Of a stretch of 64,000 nucleotides of DNA, positions 41,295 through 51,179 are shown one piece after another. Within the stretch, counting starts at the first letter, position 1. Every line of letters begins with the position of its first letter. This DNA is from an uncultured Actinomycetota bacterium. GTDB taxonomy: Bacteria > Actinomycetota > Actinomycetes > Mycobacteriales > Pseudonocardiaceae. The notes below the pieces were generated by a model that did not search any database, was not told the DNA's origin, and saw only the letters and a list, made by a program, of their open reading frames with translations. The stretch spans positions 43,973 through 107,972 of the forward strand of contig CAWGIV010000002.1 of NCBI GenBank assembly GCA_963822805.1, given 5' to 3'. The position numbers were made by a program, and so were the translations under genes.

Positions 41295-43133
41295 ATGACG
41301 GCTGCAACCGTGCCGGGGATCGATGCGACGCCGACCGAGAACGATCGACTGCTCACCTGGGTGCGCGATGTTGCGGACCTGACCATGCCCGACCGCGTCG
41401 TGTGGTGCGACGGCTCCGCCGAGGAGTGGGACCGCATGACGTCCCGGCTCGTCGCGGCGGGCACCTTCGTCAAGCTGAACGAGGACAAGAAGCCCAACTC
41501 CTTCTGGGCCGCCTCGGACCCCGCCGACGTCGCCCGCGTCGAGGAGCGCACGTTCATCTGCACGGCCACGGCGGACGGCGCCGGGCCCACCAACAACTGG
41601 GTCGAGCCTGCCGAGATGAAGTCGACGATGACCGAGCTGTACCGGGGGAGCATGCGCGGCCGCACGATGTACGTCGTCCCGTTCTGCATGGGTCCCGCCA
41701 CCGCCGAGCACCCGATGCTCGGTGTGGAGATCACCGACTCGGAATACGTCGTCACGTCGATGAAGATCATGACGCGCATGGGCGCCGACGTGCTGCGGCT
41801 CTTCGACGGCCGCGGCGACGATTTCGTGAAGTGTCTCCACTCCGTCGGCGCCCCGCTGGACGAGGGCCAGAAGGACGTCGCCTGGCCCTGCAACGACACC
41901 AAGTACATCTCGCACTTCCCCGAGACCCGCGAGATCTGGAGCTACGGCTCCGGCTACGGCGGCAACGCCCTGCTGGGCAAGAAGTGCTATGCGTTGCGCA
42001 TCGCCACGGCCATCGCGCACGACGAGGGCTGGCTGGCCGAGCACATGCTGATCCTCAAGCTGATCTCGCCGGAGGAGAAGGCGTACTTCGTCGTCGCCGC
42101 GTTCCCGTCCGCGTGCGGCAAGACCAACCTCGCCATGCTGCAGCCCACGATGCCCGGCTGGCGGGCCGAGACCGTCGGCGACGACATCGCCTGGATGCGC
42201 TTCGGCAAGGACGGCCGCCTCTACGCCGTCAACCCCGAGTTCGGCTTCTTCGGCGTCGCGCCCGGCACCAACTGGAAGACCAACCCCAACGCGATGCGCA
42301 CCATCGAGCAGGGCAACTCGCTGTTCACCAACGTCGCGCTCACCCACGACGGCGACGTCTGGTGGGAGGGCCTCGAAGCGCCGGGCGGGGGGGATGTGCC
42401 GCAGCACCTGACGTCCTGGACCGGAGAGGACTGGACGCCCGAGTCCGACAAGCCCGCCGCCCACCCCAACTCGCGCTACACCACGCCCATCAGCCAGTGC
42501 CCCGTCCTCGCCCCGGAGTGGGACGACCCCAACGGAGTGCCGATCTCGGCGATCCTGTTCGGCGGCAGGCGCAAGACCACCGTGCCGTTGGTGACGCAGG
42601 CCCGCGACTGGCAGCACGGCACCTTCATGGGCGCCACCATGTCGAGCGAGAAGACCGCGGCCGCCGCGGGCGGGCTCGGCCAGGTGCGCCGCGACCCGAT
42701 GGCCATGCTGCCCTTCCTCGGCTACGACGCGGGCGAGTACTTCCAGCACTGGGTGGACGTCGGCAAGTCCGCCGACGCGGCCAAGCTGCCGAAGATCTTC
42801 TACGTCAACTGGTTCCGCCGCGGCGACGACGGCCGCTTCCTGTGGCCGGGCTTCGGCGAGAACAGCCGGGTCCTCAAGTGGTGCATCGAGCGCATCGAGG
42901 GGCGGGCCGGGGCGAACGAGACACCCGTCGGGCATGTGCCGACGCCCGATCAGCTCGATCTCGACGACCTCGCCGTGGACCCCGACGACGTGGCCGCCGC
43001 ACTGGCCGTCGACCCCGAGGAATGGCGCGCGGAGGTCCCGCTCATCGAGGAGTGGTTCGACAAGATCGGCGACAAGCTGCCGACGGCGATGCGCGACGAG
43101 CTGGAGGCGTTGAAACTGCGTCTCGGTATGTAA
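41295..43133 (+). CDS. pckG: phosphoenolpyruvate carboxykinase (GTP)
   Basis: [38 protein letters not shown]. Confidence 0.97.
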   Translation: MTAATVPGIDATPTENDRLLTWVRDVADLTMPDRVVWCDGSAEEWDRMTSRLVAAGTFVKLNEDKKPNSFWAASDPADVARVEERTFICTATADGAGPTNNWVEPAEMKSTMTELYRGSMRGRTMYVVPFCMGPATAEHPMLGVEITDSEYVVTSMKIMTRMGADVLRLFDGRGDDFVKCLHSVGAPLDEGQKDVAWPCNDTKYISHFPETREIWSYGSGYGGNALLGKKCYALRIATAIAHDEGWLAEHMLILKLISPEEKAYFVVAAFPSACGKTNLAMLQPTMPGWRAETVGDDIAWMRFGKDGRLYAVNPEFGFFGVAPGTNWKTNPNAMRTIEQGNSLFTNVALTHDGDVWWEGLEAPGGGDVPQHLTSWTGEDWTPESDKPAAHPNSRYTTPISQCPVLAPEWDDPNGVPISAILFGGRRKTTVPLVTQARDWQHGTFMGATMSSEKTAAAAGGLGQVRRDPMAMLPFLGYDAGEYFQHWVDVGKSADAAKLPKIFYVNWFRRGDDGRFLWPGFGENSRVLKWCIERIEGRAGANETPVGHVPTPDQLDLDDLAVDPDDVAAALAVDPEEWRAEVPLIEEWFDKIGDKLPTAMRDELEALKLRLGM

Positions 43134-43203
43134 TCGATCTCGGGCAGCACGTCCCCAACGGACATATCATCCCGCGTGTCACCTCGACCGCGGGAGGTCA
43201 TCG

Positions 43204-43482
43204 ATGCCAACGCCAACGTCGAAGGAGCGGGAAGGGCTGCGGTTCTCGCCGTGGAACTTCCTGCTCCTCCTGCCGTTCCTCATGCTCGTCACGCCGTGGT
43301 TCAACATGCCCGAGCCTCGTCTGTTCGGGATGCCCTACTTCTACTGGGTGCAGTTCGTCTGGGTAGCGGTCGGCGTCGTCTCGGTGGGCCTCGTCTACGT
43401 CAAGACCCGTGACGAGATGAACCCGCAGGCGCCCGGCGAGGGCCTCGACGTGGACGAGCTCGACGAGGGGACGGGGCAATGA
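43204..43482 (+). CDS. DUF3311 small membrane protein (symporter accessory)
   Basis: PRLFGMPYFYWVQ; overlaps the symporter start. Confidence 0.85.
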   Translation: MPTPTSKEREGLRFSPWNFLLLLPFLMLVTPWFNMPEPRLFGMPYFYWVQFVWVAVGVVSVGLVYVKTRDEMNPQAPGEGLDVDELDEGTGQ

Positions 43483-45146
43483 ACTGGCCCGAGCTGGTCG
43501 TCTTCGTGGTGCTGTTTCTCGGCGTGTCGGTCATGGGGTTCCTGGCCGCCCGCTGGCAGAGCAGCGGCAGCAGCATGGAGCACCTCGACGAGTGGGGCCT
43601 CGGCGGGCGGAAGTTCGGCTCGTGGATCACCTGGTTCCTGGTCGGCGGCGACCTCTACACGGCGTACACGTTCGTCGCCGTGCCCGCGCTGCTGTTCGGG
43701 GCAGGCGCGATGGGCTTCTTCGCGCTCCCGTACACCGTCATCCTCTACCCGATGGTGTTCCTGCCTGCGCTGCGGATGTGGTCCGTCTCGCGCGTGCACG
43801 GCTACGTGACCCCCGCCGACTTCGTGCGCGGCCGCTACGGCAGCTCGCTGCTGGCGTTCCTCGTGGCGATCACCGGGTTGGTCGCGACCATGCCCTACAT
43901 CGCGCTGCAGCTCGTCGGCCTCGAGGCGGTGCTGCGCACGATGGGGCTCAACGCGAGCGGCTTCCTCGGCCACCTGCCGCTGCTCGTGGCGTTCGTCATC
44001 CTGGCCGTCTACACCTACCAGTCCGGCCTGCGGGCGCCCGCGCTCATCGCGTTCGTCAAGGACACTCTCATCTACCTGGTCATCATCGTCGCGGTGCTGT
44101 ACCTGCCCGCCAAGCTCGGCGGCTGGGACACGATCTTCGGGGCGGCCCAGAAGAAGCTGACCACCCCCAGCCCGACGACGGGCCAGCCCGCAGGCTCGAT
44201 CCTGCTGACGGCCAACAACCAGCTCCAGTACGTCACGCTGGCGCTGGGCTCGGCGCTGGCGCTGTTCCTCTACCCGCACTCGGTCACCGGCATCCTGGCC
44301 TGCCGGGGTCGCAACGTGATCAAGCGCAACATGGTGGCGCTCCCGGCGTACTCGTTCCTGCTGGGCATGCTGGCGCTGCTGGGCTACGTCGCGATCGCCG
44401 CGGGCGCCAAGCCGATCGTCTCGGGCGCCACCGGCCGTGCCGACACCAACACGATCATCCCGGTGCTGTTCGACACCCAGTTCAACTCGCTGTTCGCGGG
44501 CGTCGCGTTCGCGGCCATCGGGATCGGCGCGCTGGTGCCCGCGGCGATCATGTCGATCGCCGCGGCCAACCTGTGGACGCGCAACATCTACAAGGAGTAC
44601 CTCAAGCGCGACGCCACGCCTGCGCAGGAGGCCCGGCAGGCCAAGCTCGCGTCGCTGGTCGTCAAGTTCGGCGCGGTGCTGTTCGTGCTGGCGATCGACC
44701 CGCAGTTCTCCATCGACCTGCAGCTCATCGGCGGCGTGATCATCTTGCAGACGCTGCCTGCGGTCGCGATCGCGCTCTACACGCGCTGGCTGCACCGCTG
44801 GGCGCTGGTGGCGGGCTGGGTGGTGGGGATGGCCAACGGGCTCTACCTGCTGTGGCTCATCCCGAACCCGGCGAGCGGCAGGCAGCACTTCGGTGGTTCG
44901 GCGCTGGTCCTCGACAAGGTCACGCTGGTCGGCTGGCACCCGTTCGCAGGCTCCCAGCTGCAGATCTACGTCGGCTTCGTCGCGCTGGTGTTCAACCTGG
45001 TCGTCGCGGTGCTGGTCACCCTGGCCCTGCGGGCGGCCCATGTGAGCGAGGGCGCGGACGTCACTCATCCGGCCGATTACCACGCCGACGAGGGCTCGCA
45101 GCGGTTGCGCCCAGTAGCGGCCACCGTGGCCGGAACCTCGGACTGA
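43479..45146 (+). CDS. mctP: sodium:solute symporter, MctP-type monocarboxylate permease
   Basis: EWGLGGRKFG, GGDLYTAYTF, YTYQSGLRA. Confidence 0.85.
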   Translation: MNWPELVVFVVLFLGVSVMGFLAARWQSSGSSMEHLDEWGLGGRKFGSWITWFLVGGDLYTAYTFVAVPALLFGAGAMGFFALPYTVILYPMVFLPALRMWSVSRVHGYVTPADFVRGRYGSSLLAFLVAITGLVATMPYIALQLVGLEAVLRTMGLNASGFLGHLPLLVAFVILAVYTYQSGLRAPALIAFVKDTLIYLVIIVAVLYLPAKLGGWDTIFGAAQKKLTTPSPTTGQPAGSILLTANNQLQYVTLALGSALALFLYPHSVTGILACRGRNVIKRNMVALPAYSFLLGMLALLGYVAIAAGAKPIVSGATGRADTNTIIPVLFDTQFNSLFAGVAFAAIGIGALVPAAIMSIAAANLWTRNIYKEYLKRDATPAQEARQAKLASLVVKFGAVLFVLAIDPQFSIDLQLIGGVIILQTLPAVAIALYTRWLHRWALVAGWVVGMANGLYLLWLIPNPASGRQHFGGSALVLDKVTLVGWHPFAGSQLQIYVGFVALVFNLVVAVLVTLALRAAHVSEGADVTHPADYHADEGSQRLRPVAATVAGTSD

Positions 45147-45386
45147 ACCGTCCTGAACTGCCCGGACAACCACTGGGCGGTGCCGGGGTACCGCTCGGCC
45201 CGTTCAGTATGTCCGCGCGCGGGTGATCGTGTCCGCACTCGACCGGGTGGCCGACCGGCTCTGTAGGTGACCGTCTCGGCGTGCGGGCATTGCCCTTGGC
45301 CCGGGAGGGGTGCAACATTCCGTCGATTGGTCCGATACGAAGAGTGACCGTCGCCGGGGACGGGTGACGGCTGCGGAGGTGACCAG

Positions 45387-47333
45387 GTGGTGCAGGGCCC
45401 GGACGACAGCGCCGATGCCAGCGCCGATGCCAGCGCCGACGACAGGGCCGACGACAGGGCCGACGACAGGGCCGACGATCTCGCCGTGTTCGCGGAGCGC
45501 CTCGCCGCGTCGGGATCGGACGACGCCACCGCCAAGGCCCTGGAGCAGATCCGGCGGATGATCGCGACCGCGGCCCCTCCGGCAGGCCTGCGTCACCTCG
45601 CCGAGGCGCTGGCCGCCGGCGCGGCCGACACCCCCGCGCCCCGCCAATCCGCCGAGGACGCCGCCCCCCGCCATCCCGCCGAGGACGCCGCCCCCGTCGT
45701 CGCCGCGATGCGCGTCTCGCCGCTGGCGATCCTGCAGGACTTCGACCCGTCCGCGGTCGCGGGCGCCGTGGCCAGCCTCGTGGGCGACGGCCGCCGCGTG
45801 CTCGTCACCGCCGCCACCTCCGACGAGCTGCGCGCCGTGCGGGCGGCGCTGCGGCCCGACATCGCCGACCGCGGCCTCGACGTCCTCCCCAACCTCTCGC
45901 CCGGCGAGCTGCGGGAGCTGCGCAGGCTGCTCGTCACCGGCCCGGCCGACCGCACGGCCCGGGCGGGAAGGCAACTGCCTCCCGCCAATCGGGTGCCGGA
46001 TCCTCGCGAGGTGGCGGCGCTGTGTGCGCGCGCGGAGCACACCGCGGTGCCCGGCCCCGCCGCTGCGCTGGTGCCGCAGCTGCTCGGCGGGATCGACCGC
46101 GTGCGCCGCGAGGCCGTCACGTCCGTGGCGCGCTATGTGCACCGGTCGCTGCACGCGATGTATCCGCGGGCCGAGCGCCGATGGGCCTGGGACCTGCTCG
46201 ACGAGCTCATCTACTCCCGGCACCGGCCCGCGTTCGACAAGCTGCTCGAGGACACCGCGCAGGCCGTCGCCGCGTTGGACCGGGCCCGGCTCCTGCCGTC
46301 CGTCGCCGTGGTCGCGCCGCTGCCGCCGGGGGCGCTGTCGATCCTGCGCCGCTACGGCGAGTTCCTCTTCAACGGCGGTCGGGCCCGCGCCTATCTGCGC
46401 GCATCCGCCGAACGCCGCGAGGCCCTGCCCGTCCTGCGCCTGCTGCGGGTCGACGGGCGGGCGCCGCAGACCGCCGAGGACGTGCGCCGCGGCGTCGAGC
46501 ACCTGGAGCTCGGCGAGCGGCTCTCGCGTATCGACCTGGGCTGCGCCGCGGTGGGCATCCCCGCCCCCCGCGACGAGCAGGAGCTGCTCGAGCTGACCGA
46601 CGGGCTGGTCCGGGTGGCCGCCGCGGCCCGCTCGGTCGGGGCCCTGCGCCACGACGTGCTCTTCCTGACCGAAGACTCCCCGCTCGCCGTGCCCGACGTC
46701 GACACCGCCGAACAGGTGGCCGCCGCCATCCTCGACTACGCCGAGCACGGAGCAGAGGTCGACGCGGGCCGTCGGCTGGACCAGATGGCCGACGCGCTCA
46801 CCGCCGCCTGCCCGACGCTGGTGCCGACCACCGAGCACGAAGCCGCCGTCCGGGCCCTTCGGGCGCACGACGCCACGGCCTACGCGGCCGCCGTCGACGC
46901 CCTCAGCGCCGCCCGTCGGCAGGTCCGGGACGCCCGGCGCCAGGTCGCACTGCTCGACCGGCTGCAGGCGAACGCCCCACGGTTGGCCGCGGCCTGGATC
47001 GAGCTCGCCCCGCGCGACCCCGCCGCGCTCGGCTTCGTCTGCCTGCGGCCGATCGAGGCGCTGCTCACCGCGGTGCCGGAGGCCGACAGCGCCGACGTCG
47101 TCATCGCGCTCGGCGCGCACCGGCTCGGCGTCGAGCGGCTCCTGGTCGCCGCCGCAGCGCCGCGGATGGTCGCCGTCGTGCCGCCCGGCGCGGAGCGGCC
47201 GGAGACGCCCACCGCGCTCAGCGTTCTGGAACGCGCCACTGCCCCGGTGATCCACGGCCGGGCCATCGTCGGGCGGAAGGTCGTCCCCATCGGGTCCCGC
47301 CCGAAGCCCCGTCCGGACACCACGGTCGCCTGA
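45387..47333 (+). CDS. hypothetical protein resembling a degenerate SF1 (Upf1-like) helicase
   Basis: GRRVLVTA and ADVVI..APRMVAV resemble helicase motif flanks; no Walker A/B; N-terminal 12-bp tandem repeats. Confidence 0.65.
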   Translation: MVQGPDDSADASADASADDRADDRADDRADDLAVFAERLAASGSDDATAKALEQIRRMIATAAPPAGLRHLAEALAAGAADTPAPRQSAEDAAPRHPAEDAAPVVAAMRVSPLAILQDFDPSAVAGAVASLVGDGRRVLVTAATSDELRAVRAALRPDIADRGLDVLPNLSPGELRELRRLLVTGPADRTARAGRQLPPANRVPDPREVAALCARAEHTAVPGPAAALVPQLLGGIDRVRREAVTSVARYVHRSLHAMYPRAERRWAWDLLDELIYSRHRPAFDKLLEDTAQAVAALDRARLLPSVAVVAPLPPGALSILRRYGEFLFNGGRARAYLRASAERREALPVLRLLRVDGRAPQTAEDVRRGVEHLELGERLSRIDLGCAAVGIPAPRDEQELLELTDGLVRVAAAARSVGALRHDVLFLTEDSPLAVPDVDTAEQVAAAILDYAEHGAEVDAGRRLDQMADALTAACPTLVPTTEHEAAVRALRAHDATAYAAAVDALSAARRQVRDARRQVALLDRLQANAPRLAAAWIELAPRDPAALGFVCLRPIEALLTAVPEADSADVVIALGAHRLGVERLLVAAAAPRMVAVVPPGAERPETPTALSVLERATAPVIHGRAIVGRKVVPIGSRPKPRPDTTVA

Positions 47334-47581
47334 CCCCCCGCCGGGCGGGGCTCGCGGCGTATCCGGCCAGCCGATGATCACCCGATCGGACGACAACCTC
47401 GGGCGGTCTTATCGCCACGCCCCGTATATGGGTCGGAATTGCGGCTCGTCGCCTTGTCGCGGGGCGGTTACTGCGCCATCGGAGTGATTGCGGGCGGCGC
47501 CCGAAACGGACGCCGCCTGCCCGACGATGTACTCGATGCGTGTCGCCTCGACGGCGCGTAACCGGAAAGAAAGGACATACG

Positions 47582-47746
47582 ATGGGTTTCTGTCACACCC
47601 CCGTTCCGCCGCCGCGCTGCAAGCCGGCTCCCCCCCACCACGGCGGCTGCGGTCCGAAGCACGATGACGACCACTGCAAGCGTCGTCTCAAGAAGCACCA
47701 CCACCACAACCACAACCACCGTCACCACCACCGCCACTGCGGCTGA
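47582..47746 (+). CDS. 54-aa His/Cys/Pro-rich peptide
   Basis: AAAGGA SD before ATG; mostly C/G-ending codons; 15 His, 5 Cys. Confidence 0.75.
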   Translation: MGFCHTPVPPPRCKPAPPHHGGCGPKHDDDHCKRRLKKHHHHNHNHRHHHRHCG

Positions 47747-47764
47747 GGCGGACAGAAAGTGGTA

Positions 47765-47800
47765 AAGGCTTCGCCCCCGCCCGCGCGGGGGCGAAGCCTT
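47765..47800 (+). terminator. perfect 16-bp hairpin between the peptide gene and ABC transporter
   Basis: aaggcttcgcccccgc-ccgc-gcgggggcgaagcctt. Confidence 0.75.
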
Positions 47801-47816
47801 CGGTGGACGGAGGCCG

Positions 47817-50390
47817 ATGACCGAAACCGCCGAAACCGTCGACAGCGACAATCCGGCGCTGACCGGGCACGCGCCGCGGATCCGGATCCGCACGATGTTC
47901 GCGCGGTTCTGGCCGGACACCCGCCAGTTCCGCGGGCGGATGCTGCTGAGCCTGCTGCTCATCCCCATCTCACCCGCCCTCGCCACGGCGAGCGTCTATC
48001 TGTTCAAGGTGCTGGTTGACGACGTCCTGACCCCGCACGACTACCACCTGTTCGTCCCTGTCGCGCTGGCCTACATCGGGCTCACCGTGGCCGGAGGGCT
48101 GGTGAGCTTCGTCGACGAGTACCTCACCGCCTGGGTGGGCGAGCGGTTCGTGACGTTGCTCCGGGTACGGCTTTTCGCGCATCTGCAACGATTGTCCGTC
48201 GGCTGGTTCGAGCGTCGTCAACTCGGGGATGTCATCTCCCGGCTCACCGGTGATATCTCCGCCATCGAACAACTGGTGCTCACCGGCGTCAACATGACGC
48301 TGACCTACACGTTCCAGCTCATTTTCTTCGCTGGCACGATGTTTTTCCTGAACTGGCAGCTGACGCTGGCCTCGTTCATTGCGGCGCCCGCATTCCTGCT
48401 GTTGTCGCGCGCGTTTTCCCGACGGATCCAGGCGGCCTCACGAGAACGCCGACGACGTTCCGGGTCCATCACCGCAGTTGCCGAGGAGAACCTCGGGAAC
48501 ATCCCGCTCGTGCAGGCCTACGACCGCGCCGACCACGAGGTCGAGCGGTTCGCCGAAGAGAACCGGGCCGCCTTCTCCGCCCAAATGCTCGCCATTCGCC
48601 TCGAAGCGCTGTTCGGGCCGTTCAGCAGCCTCGTCGAATGCATCGGCGTGCTCACCGTAATGGGTGTCGCCATCTACGAGCTCGCCCAGGGCGCGATCAC
48701 CCTCGGCGGCCTGCTGGCTTTCCTGGCCTACCTGAGCCAGCTCTACGGGCCCGTCCAGGGCTTCGCGGGCCTCTCGAACACGGTGTTCGCCGCTTCGGCA
48801 AGCGCCGAGCGGATCATCGAACTGCTCGACGAGAGCCCCGCCGTCGCCGAGATGGAGCACCCGCGCAGGTTGGGCCGGGCCACCGGCGCGATCCGCTTCG
48901 AGAAGGTCTGGTTCACCTACGACGGAACCGAGCGACCGGCACTGCGCGGCGTGGACCTGCGCCTCACCCCCGGCCGCAAGATCGCTATCGTCGGGGCGAG
49001 CGGCGCCGGGAAGTCGACGTTGACGAAGCTCCTCCTGCGCAGCTACGACCCCGACCACGGCCGCGTCACCCTCGACGGGCGCGACCTGCGCGAGCTGTCC
49101 CTTACCGACCTGCGCCGCAACCTCAGCGCGGTGCTGCAGGAGACGCTGGTGTTCGACGGCACCATCGCCGAGAACATCCGGTGGGGCAAGCCGGACGCCA
49201 CGGATGCGGAGGTGCGCGCGGCGGCCAAAGCCGCCGACGCGGACGGCTTCATCATGCGGCTCGACAGCGGCTACGACACGCGCGTCGGCCAACGGGGCAG
49301 GCTGCTCTCGGGCGGCCAGCGCCAGCGGCTGGCCATCGCCCGCGCCATGATCCGGGACGCCCCCGTGCTGCTGCTCGACGAGCCGACCACCGGGCTGGAC
49401 GCGGCGTCCGGGCAGCGGGTGCTCGCCCCGCTCCGCAGGCTGATGGCCGGACGCACCACGATCATCATTTCGCACGACCTGCTCACCGTGACCGACGCCG
49501 ATGAGATCGTCGTCCTCGAGGCGGGCGCAGTCAGTGCCGTCGGCACCCACGAGCAGCTGCTGACCATCTCGCCGACCTACGCGCACCTCTACGCGCTGCA
49601 TCACCCCGCCGCCGCGGCGGCCCCCGTGCGGCCGGTCGTGGGGCGCGGGGTCGCCTGCCGGACGGGGCCGCCCGCGCCCGCACGCGGGCAGACCCGTGCC
49701 GCGGGCCGGGTCGCGAGGGTGGATGCGGGGCAGCCCGTGCCGGGTGCGGTCGGTCCTCGGCGGGGTGTGGTCGCCGCGGGGGTGGAGGTGGCCCAGCCCG
49801 TGGCGGGGCCGGTCGGTCCCCGGCGGGGTGTGCCCGTCGCCGGGGTGGAGCTGGCCCAGCCCACACCGGGTCCCGCCCGTCACCGGCAGGGTGTGCCCGC
49901 GAGGGTGGATGCGGCTCAGCCCGTGCCGGGCCCGGCCCGGCCCACCCGGCAGGGTCTACTTGCCGCGATGGTGGACGTCGCGACCACCCCTGTCCGGATG
50001 GTCCGGCCCGCGAGCCGCGCGCGTCCGCAAGCCGAGGCGGCGGCAGGGGATCCGGCCGCGCCGCAGCCCGCGAAGCTCTTCCCGTTCGCGCTCGCGACGA
50101 CGCCGCTGCCGGTGGTCGCGCGGGGCCGACACGCGCTGACGAACGGGAAGCGCAACGGGCAGGCCTCCACCGCCACGGAGGCGTTCCGGACCGTGCCTGC
50201 GCCGCCGACCGCCCCGATCAAGGCGGTCGGTCCCGTGCCTGCGCCGCCGACCGCCCCGCTCCACCCGGTCGGTCCCGCGCCTGCGCCGCCGACCGCCCCG
50301 ATCCACCCGGTCGGTTCCGCGCCGGTGACCGCCCCGGGCATCGCCCGCGCCCTGCCCAAGCACCGGGCGCGGCACGCCGTGCGCTCCTGA
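47817..50390 (+). CDS. ABC exporter (TMD+NBD half-transporter) with long repetitive C-terminal tail
   Basis: Multi-TM domain, GASGAGKS, LSGGQRQR, LLLDEPT, SHD; GGAGG SD. Confidence 0.92.
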   Translation: MTETAETVDSDNPALTGHAPRIRIRTMFARFWPDTRQFRGRMLLSLLLIPISPALATASVYLFKVLVDDVLTPHDYHLFVPVALAYIGLTVAGGLVSFVDEYLTAWVGERFVTLLRVRLFAHLQRLSVGWFERRQLGDVISRLTGDISAIEQLVLTGVNMTLTYTFQLIFFAGTMFFLNWQLTLASFIAAPAFLLLSRAFSRRIQAASRERRRRSGSITAVAEENLGNIPLVQAYDRADHEVERFAEENRAAFSAQMLAIRLEALFGPFSSLVECIGVLTVMGVAIYELAQGAITLGGLLAFLAYLSQLYGPVQGFAGLSNTVFAASASAERIIELLDESPAVAEMEHPRRLGRATGAIRFEKVWFTYDGTERPALRGVDLRLTPGRKIAIVGASGAGKSTLTKLLLRSYDPDHGRVTLDGRDLRELSLTDLRRNLSAVLQETLVFDGTIAENIRWGKPDATDAEVRAAAKAADADGFIMRLDSGYDTRVGQRGRLLSGGQRQRLAIARAMIRDAPVLLLDEPTTGLDAASGQRVLAPLRRLMAGRTTIIISHDLLTVTDADEIVVLEAGAVSAVGTHEQLLTISPTYAHLYALHHPAAAAAPVRPVVGRGVACRTGPPAPARGQTRAAGRVARVDAGQPVPGAVGPRRGVVAAGVEVAQPVAGPVGPRRGVPVAGVELAQPTPGPARHRQGVPARVDAAQPVPGPARPTRQGLLAAMVDVATTPVRMVRPASRARPQAEAAAGDPAAPQPAKLFPFALATTPLPVVARGRHALTNGKRNGQASTATEAFRTVPAPPTAPIKAVGPVPAPPTAPLHPVGPAPAPPTAPIHPVGSAPVTAPGIARALPKHRARHAVRS

Positions 50391-50429
50391 CCCGTCCCGC
50401 GCCGTGCGACCACGCCCTAGGCTGGCCCC

Positions 50430-51008
50430 ATGAGCGCGCACGAGGTCAGCCGGTTCGGGCACGTCGAGCTCGCGGACATGCCCGACGACCTGCGGGAACG
50501 GATCGGGGTCATCGCGGAGAAGTCCGGCTTCGTGCCGAACGTGTTCCGCGCGCTGGCGCGCCGCCCGCGGGAGCTGCGGGCGTTCCTGGACTACCACGAC
50601 GCGCTGATGGACTCGTCCGAAGGCCTGTCGAAGGCCGAGCGCGAACTCGTCGTCGTCGCGACGTCCGGGGCCAACCACTGCACCTACTGCGTGGTCGCGC
50701 ACGGGGCGATCCTGCGGGTGCGCACCAAGGACCCGGAGATCGCGGACCGGGTCGCCGCCAACCCCTACGGGGTGGAGCTGTCCCGCCGCGAGCGCGCGAT
50801 CGTCGACCTCGCACTGCTGATCGCGATGGAGTCGGCGTCGCTCACCGACGCCGAGCTGGACGACGCGCGCGCCGCGGGCCTCACCGACGACGAGATCTGG
50901 GACGTGGGCGCAATCACCGCGCTGTTCGCCATGTCCAACCGGCTGGCGCACCTCACGGCGCTACAGCCGAACCCGGAGTTCTTCCTCATGGGCCGCACGC
51001 CGCGCTGA
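50430..51008 (+). CDS. AhpD/CMD-family peroxidase-related enzyme
   Basis: GFVPNVF, ERELVVVATS..NHCTYCVVAHG. Confidence 0.9.
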   Translation: MSAHEVSRFGHVELADMPDDLRERIGVIAEKSGFVPNVFRALARRPRELRAFLDYHDALMDSSEGLSKAERELVVVATSGANHCTYCVVAHGAILRVRTKDPEIADRVAANPYGVELSRRERAIVDLALLIAMESASLTDAELDDARAAGLTDDEIWDVGAITALFAMSNRLAHLTALQPNPEFFLMGRTPR

Positions 51009-51179
51009 GGGCACCTGCTGTGATCGCCGCATCGGGTGTGTGAGGTGCACCAGCGCGCCTCAGGCACCGAGTGCGGCGATCATGGCGGGTCGGGTCGCCG
51101 AGTTGGCGGAGTTGGTCTACGTCGGCGACACACCTCCTCCGCCATGCGGACATCACGTCGTGCAGCGATCATTCCGGGC

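Noticed and set aside
38838-42935. 1365-aa ORF and other very long Arg/Pro/Gly-rich ORFs (e.g. 3073..6363, 3744..6665)
   Set aside because: Shadow frames caused by stop-codon scarcity at high GC. Only the C-terminal parts of 38838..42935 and 3073..6363 are real genes.
47582-47800. His-rich peptide as a histidine attenuator leader
   Set aside because: The downstream gene is an exporter, not His synthesis or uptake. The peptide is long with patterned Cys, the hairpin lacks a U-tract, and I saw no antiterminator. Disfavoured but not formally excluded.
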